From assembly GCA_965202605.1 (NCBI GenBank), contig OZ241838.1, positions 1,647,817 to 1,711,816 on the forward strand: a stretch of 64,000 nt of DNA. The letters are read 5' to 3'. Both the position numbers and the translations under genes were made by a program. How positions within the stretch are numbered: position 1 is the first letter of the stretch; each line of letters begins with the position of its first letter. This DNA comes from a bacterium. Its GTDB lineage: Bacteria; JAAXHH01. Of the stretch, positions 58,101 through 64,000 are shown in pieces. The notes under the pieces are model-generated. The model was given only the letters and a program-made list of their open reading frames with translations, was not told where the DNA came from and did no database searches.

Positions 58101-58566
58101 TGAGTTCGCTCAAAGGGATGGCCGCGCCTGACGCGACCTGCAGAACGGAGCCCTGGAGTACGGTTGGCGGCATGGTGCGCTGCATGACGGCCCTGACCGT
58201 CGCCACGACGAACAGCGGCCTGTTCTTCATCAGGCCGTGAAGCGCGTCCAGACGCCGTCCCGACAAGTCGGCGGGCGGGGACACCTGGTCGTAGGGCAGC
58301 ACTTCCCAGGGGGGGAACAGCGCCACGTCCGCGGGATCCAGCAGACTGGAGACATCCTCGAACATCTCCTCGGCGGTGGCCGTGTCCTCCACGATGACCA
58401 GCGTCGCGCCGCCCCGTTTCCTGTGTGCGTGCGCGAGCAGCAGGGACCGCGACGAGCCGGCAAGCCCCGATACCCGCGCGGAGCAGGCGGCGTCGGCAAC
58501 CATCGCGAGATAGCGCTGCACGACGGCGGATTTTTCCGAGATATCCAGGAGATTTGGCAGGCGCAT
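55165..58566 (-). CDS. mfd: Transcription-repair coupling factor.
   Basis: 1133 aa with a UvrB-like N-terminus, CarD/TRCF domain, DEAD/DEAH helicase motifs ([18 protein letters not shown]) and a TRG motif. Confidence 0.95.
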   Translation of the reverse strand: MRLPNLLDISEKSAVVQRYLAMVADAACSARVSGLAGSSRSLLLAHAHRKRGGATLVIVEDTATAEEMFEDVSSLLDPADVALFPPWEVLPYDQVSPPADLSGRRLDALHGLMKNRPLFVVATVRAVMQRTMPPTVLQGSVLQVASGAAIPLSELTERCDRLGYERTDMVQAPGHYSVRGGIVDVYPHGSDQPCRIEFFGDEVESIRLFEIYSQRSSEHIRGLTVLPNREMIDDPEKRDEVVRRARRAGESLSIDASEPISHFEDGGLFEGSERYLPWFHPSAATIMSYLPDHTLIVRCEPDELAREAESFAEEYENNHLRRTEAGDLVPEPGEAIGSWRDITEESTYYGTMDVVRGARAADGWLAVGTEASGVYQGAMDVLKSRLEEWRADGARVVVVCDNEGQAERLREILGTDAPEIEMAVGAMHDGFILPDLPLVVLTDAEIFNRYRRRRRKAFKEGVVIEDFTSLKEGDYVVHIDHGIGRYIGLKRIAVDDRERDCLTLIYAGDDRVFIPIEQLHRVQKYIGSDGEAPALSKLGGRAWEQAKKRTRKAVRDIAEDLVKLYAARQASPGFAFSADTPWQREMEDSFIYEDTPDQEQASSDVKSDMEKAVPMDRLICGDVGYGKTEVAIRAAFKAVLDGKQVAILAPTTILVQQHMTTFSERLADYPVNIRMLSRFVPSREQKAVVAGLQSGEVDIVIGTHRLISGDIDFHDMGLLVVDEEQRFGVAHKERLKQLKTSVDVMTMTATPIPRTLHMSLVSARDMSLITTPPRDRLPVHTEVVRFNEEVICEAIMREVDRGGQVFFVHNRVQSIEAVAEFLRRLLPQVSFVVGHGQMQERELERVMIDFLDRKYDCLVSTMIIESGLDIPSVNTILVNRADRFGLAQLYQLRGRVGRSNHRAYAYLMIPAAGAVTPDARKRLAVISEYTALGSGFHIAMRDLEIRGAGNLLGTEQHGFISAIGFDLYCRLLKEAMQDLKGETREQSHEADIDLRVGAFIPDDYIADRKLKVGFYQRLSRVEDERDVVSLREEMKDRFGRLPDPAHILFDLVSIRQIADKIGLKQLTVSGSQMTMTYRNGLYPSRDRIARVTDDPALDIEFPHGDDFRIRAGLTGKSEAERVGLAKNLLLKLL

Positions 58567-58581
58567 ACGAGAGCGGTTCGG

Positions 58582-59541
58582 CTACATGGGGTTCCGCAGC
58601 CGGTGGGTGATCCGCTGCAACACGTCCTCGTTCCGGGCTTCGAAAGACCTGGCGGTGATCATCTCGTAGGCCGTAATGTAACGGCGGGCGGCTTCTATCC
58701 TGACCTCGTCCGGGATGGCCGGTACGGGACCGTCACCGCGAAAGCCCCGGTCTGCAAGCCATTCGCGGACATATTCCTTGTCCAGCTTGTCCGGTTCTTC
58801 ACCGCGACCGAAACGATCTTCGTACGTGTTCCTGACCCAGAACCGGGAAGAGTCGGGGGTATGGATTTCGTCGATCAGCACGAGCCGGTCCCCGAGCAGG
58901 CCGAATTCGTACTTGGTATCCACCAGGATCAGGTTGTTGGCGGCCGCCAGATCCGTTCCGTACGCGAAGAGCGCCAGGGCCGCCCTTTCCATTTCACGGT
59001 ACACGCCTTCGTCCACCAAGCCGCTCCGCAGGATCTCGTCGGCGGAGACGGACTCGTCGTGGCTGCCCTTCTCCGGCTTTGTAGACGGCGTGATGATGGG
59101 CCGTTCGAAAGCCTGGTTTTTCTTCATGCCTTCCGGCAGCACGTGGCCGCAGAATTCGCGATGCCCCCGGTCATAGTGGTACCAGGCCGACGTCGTGGTC
59201 ACGCCGGTCAGATAACCCCGGACGACCATCTCGACCGGTATCAACCTGCAATCCCTGGCGACGAGGACGTTCGGATCGGGCACGTCGATCAGGTGGTTTT
59301 CTATAATATGCCGGGTCCGTTCGAACCAGAAGGCCGCGGTCTGGTTGATGACCTGGCCCTTGAAGGGCAGCGCGCACAGCACCCGGTCGAAGGCGGAGAT
59401 GCGATCGGTGGTCACGATGATCCGTTTCCCGTTGAGCCGGTAGTTGTCCCTGACCTTGCCCTCGTACTTCTCGCCCAGGTCGAAGCTGGTATCATGCAGA
59501 ACGTAATCCAACTGCTTCCTGAGGACGTCTTCAGAGACCAT
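58582..59541 (-). CDS. purC: Phosphoribosylaminoimidazole-succinocarboxamide synthase (long form).
   Basis: SAICAR synthetase motifs (EGKVRD, IIVTTDRISAFD, LVDTKYEFG). Confidence 0.9.
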   Translation of the reverse strand: MVSEDVLRKQLDYVLHDTSFDLGEKYEGKVRDNYRLNGKRIIVTTDRISAFDRVLCALPFKGQVINQTAAFWFERTRHIIENHLIDVPDPNVLVARDCRLIPVEMVVRGYLTGVTTTSAWYHYDRGHREFCGHVLPEGMKKNQAFERPIITPSTKPEKGSHDESVSADEILRSGLVDEGVYREMERAALALFAYGTDLAAANNLILVDTKYEFGLLGDRLVLIDEIHTPDSSRFWVRNTYEDRFGRGEEPDKLDKEYVREWLADRGFRGDGPVPAIPDEVRIEAARRYITAYEMITARSFEARNEDVLQRITHRLRNPM

Positions 59542-59836
59542 GCGTCGCGGTGGTCCTTTCGGTGTATGGAGGCTGTGGGACAGTCCGGCCGCAGGCGACG
59601 GAACCGTTCTTGCAATAACGGCGGAACCGCTCCTGAATCGAGCCCTTCACACTAAAGCGGGGGCGCTGGATTGTCAAGCGGATGTTTTTTCCCTCAAACT
59701 CGTTTTTTACTGGACACCTGTTCGAACCCCTCTATTATAATTGAAATGCAGCGCTAGAAAATCGCCTTCCGTTGATACGGTACAGATTTAATCGAATCGA
59801 AATTTGTCATTTTCCGGTTTTTCAGGAGGTTTTATC

Positions 59837-60379
59837 ATGTCCAAGCAGGCCGTCCTGAGCTGTCTGAGCATCGTCTCGTGCCTTTTGATGGTCGCCGCGT
59901 GCGCGGGACCGCCCAATGAGGCCATGACCGCGGCAGAGCAGGCTGTTTCCGATGCAATGGAAGCCGAAGTCGACAAGTATGCCCCGGCTGAATACGGAAC
60001 CGCCGCCGCCGAACTCGAAAAAGCCAGGGGGCACATGGCCGCCGAGGAATACAGCGACGCGAAAGCCGCCGCCGAGAATACCATAGCGCTCGTAGAGGCG
60101 GCCAATCAGGAGATGCTGGTCCAGAAAGAGTTGACCAAGCGCGAGGTCGACGAAGCCCTGCCGGCTTTCCTCGAACGCTGGGGTGAGATTTCCGGCAGCA
60201 TTGAGCAGGGCCGCGGCAGAGCCGCCCGTGCGCTCGCCCAGGAAGCATCGGCCTTCGCCGATTCTTTGACAATGCAAATCAACGAGTTGAATTCGAACGA
60301 GAAATGGCATGACCTTAAAATGCTGCTTGAATCGGCCAACATGACAGCCGATGGTTTCGCGGAACGGGCCGGCGGCTGA
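59837..60379 (+). CDS. Alpha-helical lipoprotein, hypothetical.
   Basis: Lipobox LLMVAAC after an ATG with an AGGAGG RBS; Ala/Glu-rich helical mature protein. Confidence 0.6.
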   Translation: MSKQAVLSCLSIVSCLLMVAACAGPPNEAMTAAEQAVSDAMEAEVDKYAPAEYGTAAAELEKARGHMAAEEYSDAKAAAENTIALVEAANQEMLVQKELTKREVDEALPAFLERWGEISGSIEQGRGRAARALAQEASAFADSLTMQINELNSNEKWHDLKMLLESANMTADGFAERAGG

Positions 60380-60415
60380 CCGGGTTGCGTTCGCCAGCGA
60401 CAAGAAGGTATTTTA

Positions 60416-60455
60416 AAGCCGTCTGACGTTAACGCGTCAGACGGCTTTTCTTATT
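60416..60455 (+). terminator. Rho-independent terminator.
   Basis: Perfect 11-bp stem gccgtctgacg / cgtcagacggc with a 4-nt loop, followed by TTTTCTTATT. Confidence 0.75.
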
Positions 60456-60582
60456 GCCCGCCATCGGCCGGCCCGTACCACCATCCAAATCGTTGTTGAC
60501 ATTTCCGGGGTGGATACATAGAATCACACAGGTTTTGAACTGAATTCGGATATCAGGCAGGATCAGGATACGGGAGCATCGC

Positions 60583-61044
60583 ATGAGCTTGACAGAACTG
60601 TTGGATGAAAACGCTATCCTGGTCAATCTCAAGGCCACGCAGAAACAGGAAGTGATCGAGGAACTGGCGGCGGCGCTGACGGCGTCCGGAAGGATCAGCG
60701 ACAACCGGGAAGTACTCCAGGCCGTCCTGGAACGCGAAAAGATCATGAGCACCGGGATCGGCAAGGGGGTCGCCATTCCCCACGGCAAGTGCAAAGCCGT
60801 GGATAAGCTGGTCGGGGTGCTCGGGATCAAGAAGGAGGGCGTCGATTTCCAGTCCCTCGACGAACAGCCGGTCTATCTCTTCTTCCTGCTCGTCTCCCCT
60901 CTGAATGTCTCCGGTCCCCACATCCGGGCGCTCGCCCACATTTCCCGCCTGCTGAGACACGACAACCTGCGAAAACGGCTGATCGCCACGGAAACCTCCC
61001 GCGAGGCCCTGGAACTCATCGCCGAAGAAGAAGAGAACATGTAA
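60583..61044 (+). CDS. ptsN: PTS IIA-like nitrogen regulatory protein (EIIA-Ntr).
   Basis: PTS EIIA type-2 fold with the phospho-His motif region GVAIPHGKC. Confidence 0.8.
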   Translation: MSLTELLDENAILVNLKATQKQEVIEELAAALTASGRISDNREVLQAVLEREKIMSTGIGKGVAIPHGKCKAVDKLVGVLGIKKEGVDFQSLDEQPVYLFFLLVSPLNVSGPHIRALAHISRLLRHDNLRKRLIATETSREALELIAEEEENM

Positions 61045-61101
61045 GGAGGTCCCGGACCCGGGATCGTCTGTAATCTCACGCGATAAGCAAAGGATGAAGC
61101 A

Positions 61102-61845
61102 GTGGCACCTGTGTCCAGGATCGATGGCCGGGAGACCGGTCAGTTGCGTCCTGTCGAGATTCGGCGCAACTACCTCCGGCACGCGGAAGGCTCCGCGTTG
61201 ATCGTCATGGGCGGCACGACCGTGCTCTGTTCGGCGAGCGTGGACGAGGGCGTACCGCCTTTTCTGAAAGGGCGCGGAAAGGGCTGGGTGACGGCGGAAT
61301 ACGGCATGTTGCCGCGCAGCACGAACACGCGGGTATCCCGCGACGGCCGGCGCGGCGGCGTTTCCGGGCGAACACAGGAAATCCAGCGGCTCATCGGGCG
61401 GTCGCTCCGCGCCGTCTTCGACCTGGACAGTCTGGGCGAACGGTCCATCCTCATCGACTGCGACGTCATCGAAGCCGACGGGGGTACGCGCACCGCGTCG
61501 ATCACGGGAAGTTTCGTGGCGCTGTGCGACGCGGTGACGTGGCTGTCCGACCGGGGATTGCTCGACAAGAACCCCATACGGGACGCGGTAGCCGCCATCA
61601 GCGTGGGGGTCATCGGGGGCGCGCCCATGCTCGATCTCTGCTATGACGAGGATTCCAGGGCGGACGTCGACATGAATCTCGTCATGACGGGCGGCGGCGA
61701 CCTGGTCGAAATCCAGGGCACCGCCGAACACCACCCTTTCTCCACGGATCAACTGTCCGCCATGCTCGATCTCGGCAGACAGGGTGTAAACCAGTTGATC
61801 GACCTGCAGAAACAGGTGCTGGAACGGGACCAGGCACGTACATGA
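61102..61845 (+). CDS. rph: Ribonuclease PH.
   Basis: Full-length RNase PH similarity ([13 protein letters not shown]). Confidence 0.95.
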   Translation: MAPVSRIDGRETGQLRPVEIRRNYLRHAEGSALIVMGGTTVLCSASVDEGVPPFLKGRGKGWVTAEYGMLPRSTNTRVSRDGRRGGVSGRTQEIQRLIGRSLRAVFDLDSLGERSILIDCDVIEADGGTRTASITGSFVALCDAVTWLSDRGLLDKNPIRDAVAAISVGVIGGAPMLDLCYDEDSRADVDMNLVMTGGGDLVEIQGTAEHHPFSTDQLSAMLDLGRQGVNQLIDLQKQVLERDQART

Positions 61846-62438
61846 CCCTTGTCCTGGCCACGCGCAACCCGGGTAAAATCGCCGAGATCAAGGCGCTGCT
61901 TCCTGGTGTGCGGGTCCGGCCGGCCGCGTCTTTCCCCGACTGCCCCGAACCGGAAGAAACAGGCCGGACTTTTGTGGAGAACGCCCTCATCAAGGCGCGG
62001 ACCGTCGCGCGATTCACGGAAAGGACCACGCTGGCGGACGACTCGGGACTCGAGGTGGATGCCCTGGACGGGGCGCCCGGCGTCCACTCGGCAAGATACG
62101 CGGGCGAAGACGCCACCGACCAGGAGAACATCCATCGTCTGCTCGACGCCCTGTCCGGGATCCCCGACGCGGACCGCACCGCCCGGTTTCGATGCGTCAT
62201 GGCGGTCGTCGTTCCCGACGGACGCGCCTGGACCGAAGAAGGCGTCTGCGAAGGGCGGATTATACGGGAACCTTTTGGGGAATCGGGATTCGGCTACGAT
62301 CCGCTGTTCGTTCCCGCGGGCTATGCAAACACCTTCGGCGAACTGGACGCTACGATAAAGAACCGGATCAGTCACCGGTCGAAGGCGCTTCGCCGGATCG
62401 CCAAAGTGCTGCAGGCGTTACCAGGTGTACCCGGATGA
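61842..62438 (+). CDS. rdgB: dITP/XTP pyrophosphatase (Ham1/RdgB).
   Basis: [13 protein letters not shown] and the Ham1 motif set. ATGA overlap with rph. Confidence 0.9.
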   Translation: MTLVLATRNPGKIAEIKALLPGVRVRPAASFPDCPEPEETGRTFVENALIKARTVARFTERTTLADDSGLEVDALDGAPGVHSARYAGEDATDQENIHRLLDALSGIPDADRTARFRCVMAVVVPDGRAWTEEGVCEGRIIREPFGESGFGYDPLFVPAGYANTFGELDATIKNRISHRSKALRRIAKVLQALPGVPG

Positions 62439-62454
62439 GGCGGGAAGAAATGCC

Positions 62455-63447
62455 ATGACCAGATGGACCAAAGAAAAAGCCCACGCATGGTACCGCGACG
62501 CGGGCGTCATACGCGGCTGCAACTACCTGCCGCGCACGGCCGTGAACATGACCGAAATGTGGCAGGCGCCCACCTTCGACCCGGAAACCATCGACCAGGA
62601 ACTGGGATGGGCGGCCCAAGCCGGGTATAACAGCGTGCGGATCTTCGTGCAGTACCTGGTCTGGGAAGACGACCCGGCGGGCTTGAAGGAACGGATCGAC
62701 CGGTTCCTGGCCATCGCGGCGCGGCGTGGCATCAGCGCCATGGTCATCCTCTTCTGCGATTGTTTCTTCGGGGGACGCGACCCCTACCTGGGTCCCCAGG
62801 ATGAGCCGGTGCCCGGTGTGCACAACAGCCAGTGGGTGCCGAGTCCGGGTTTCGAGCGTCTCGCCGACCGGGCCGCCTGGCCGGGCCTGGAGCGCTACGT
62901 GAAGGACATCGTCGGCAGTTTCGGATCGGACCCGCGCGTACTGGCCTGGGACCTGTACAACGAACCGGACGACGACCTCAGAAGCCAGCCGCTCGTCGAG
63001 GACACCTTCGCCTGGGCGCGTTCCGCCTGTCCCGTGCAGCCCCTCACCACGGGACCGTGGACCTGGAACGCCTTTGAAGACGACCTCTCCGCGCTGCTGT
63101 TCGACTTATCCGACATCATCACCTTCCACTACTACGAGTCCGCGGAAAAGATCGGACCCAGCCTCGCCCGGTGCAATGCCCACGGCCGGCCCGTGATCTG
63201 CACCGAATGGCTGCGCCGGCATCACGGCAACACCTTCGCGGACATGCTGCCCGTGTTCGCGGAACACAGGATAGGGTGGTACAACTGGGGACTCGTAGCG
63301 GGGCGGACGCAGACCTATCTGGCCTGGGAGTCCAAAAAGGGAGACCCCACCCCGCCGGTCTGGCAGCACGACATGATGCATCCCGACGGAACCCCGCTCG
63401 ATCCGGCGGAGCTGGACCTCATCCGGCGATTCGCATTCGACGGATGA
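62455..63447 (+). CDS. Glycoside hydrolase, clan GH-A-like (cellulase/xylanase/mannanase-type TIM barrel).
   Basis: NEPD (acid/base) and TEW (nucleophile) motifs at spacing typical of GH5-like enzymes. Start at the ATG after the rdgB stop. Confidence 0.65.
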   Translation: MTRWTKEKAHAWYRDAGVIRGCNYLPRTAVNMTEMWQAPTFDPETIDQELGWAAQAGYNSVRIFVQYLVWEDDPAGLKERIDRFLAIAARRGISAMVILFCDCFFGGRDPYLGPQDEPVPGVHNSQWVPSPGFERLADRAAWPGLERYVKDIVGSFGSDPRVLAWDLYNEPDDDLRSQPLVEDTFAWARSACPVQPLTTGPWTWNAFEDDLSALLFDLSDIITFHYYESAEKIGPSLARCNAHGRPVICTEWLRRHHGNTFADMLPVFAEHRIGWYNWGLVAGRTQTYLAWESKKGDPTPPVWQHDMMHPDGTPLDPAELDLIRRFAFDG

Positions 63448-63576
63448 CTGTCGATTCCGACGGACGGCGCAACTCACCGTTCACCGCGCGGCGCGTTACT
63501 ACACCCTTCATCTGCGCGGCGCGTTCTTCACCCCTTCATCGAATACACCAACCGGGACGGTCAGGCGCCGGGACGG

Positions 63577-63993
63577 TCAGGCGGAAACGTAGCGCGGCGG
63601 GTTGACGTACCGGGCCATCCCCAGGTCCAGGCGGATCCGGGTAGCCGGCGGCAGCGTCACGAGCAGGCGGGAATCGTCGACCGGCATGGACTCGGTACGC
63701 TCCGCGGCACGTGGCGCGGCGTAGGCACCTGTGGCGCCGGGATAAGACGTGTCGGTCGTGTCGTAGGAGACGCCGCGGAAAGCGTGCTCGGCCAGCGCGC
63801 CCGCCTGCACGACAACCCGTCTGGCTTCCGTGTGGTGCAGATTGACCAGGCGCACGCCCACGCGGGACGGTTCGATCCGGTCGACGAGGGCGGCCGTGTC
63901 ATCCGGCAGGCCGGGGCGCTTGCGGTCGGCGTCGAAGTAACGCAGGCGCGCGTTGGGGATGCCGCCGTAGTAGATGACCTGGGGACAACCCAT
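63577..63993 (-). CDS. Hypothetical protein (138 aa), may extend beyond the window edge.
   Basis: An ORF in a high-GC coding-like context with no recognisable motifs. Confidence 0.3.
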   Translation of the reverse strand: MGCPQVIYYGGIPNARLRYFDADRKRPGLPDDTAALVDRIEPSRVGVRLVNLHHTEARRVVVQAGALAEHAFRGVSYDTTDTSYPGATGAYAAPRAAERTESMPVDDSRLLVTLPPATRIRLDLGMARYVNPPRYVSA

Positions 63994-64000
63994 GGTGAGC

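Noticed and set aside
55102-58131. 1009-aa plus-strand ORF
   Set aside because: It is antisense to mfd, which has clear helicase motifs; an artefact of high GC.
59690-59740. tRNA-like T-arm sequence (tgttcgaacccc)
   Set aside because: No acceptor stem, anticodon arm or D-arm could be built around it; it lies in an AT-rich promoter region upstream of the lipoprotein gene.

Overview
This is a high-GC (about 65% by eye) bacterial chromosomal window, densely packed with housekeeping and catabolic genes; the most novel candidate is a TIR-like/membrane-effector gene pair (14618..15483), flagged with two others below. Canonical Shine-Dalgarno sites (AAGGAG) and at least one sigma70-like promoter suggest this is not a Bacteroidetes-type genome; the taxon is uncertain. 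Recognisable genes include pyrG, rpsT, uvrC, hisI, hisD, a three-gene succinate dehydrogenase operon, secDF, pdxJ, rsmA, tatD, metG, holB, surA, mfd, purC, ptsN, rph and rdgB. Around them sit three phytanoyl-CoA dioxygenase paralogs, two sulfatases, several SDR and Gfo/Idh/MocA oxidoreductases, and an UnbU/UnbV-like pair. The three strongest candidates for acquired defence cargo are visibly low-GC segments, each inserted tightly between core genes with no integrase or transposase nearby. (a) At 14.4-15.7 kb, a DUF1863/ThsB-like TIR-domain gene is translationally coupled (ATGA overlap) to a small 3-TM membrane protein, which I read as a candidate Thoeris-like or SLATT-type two-gene abortive-infection module. 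(b) At 17.0-18.9 kb, an Eco29kI-like GIY-YIG restriction endonuclease is paired with an amino-type DNA methyltransferase. (c) At the left edge (1-2.0 kb), a partial ThiF/E1-like gene carries an N-terminal UBC/E2-like motif and follows a tightly coupled 97-aa ORF, plus a TIR-like FISY fragment ORF and about 500 bp of ORF-free sequence. A second recurring theme is short tandem repeat arrays, both in intergenic regions (several directly upstream of start codons) and in-frame inside CDSs (SecD, HolB, an enolase-superfamily tail). No rRNA, tRNA or CRISPR array was found.
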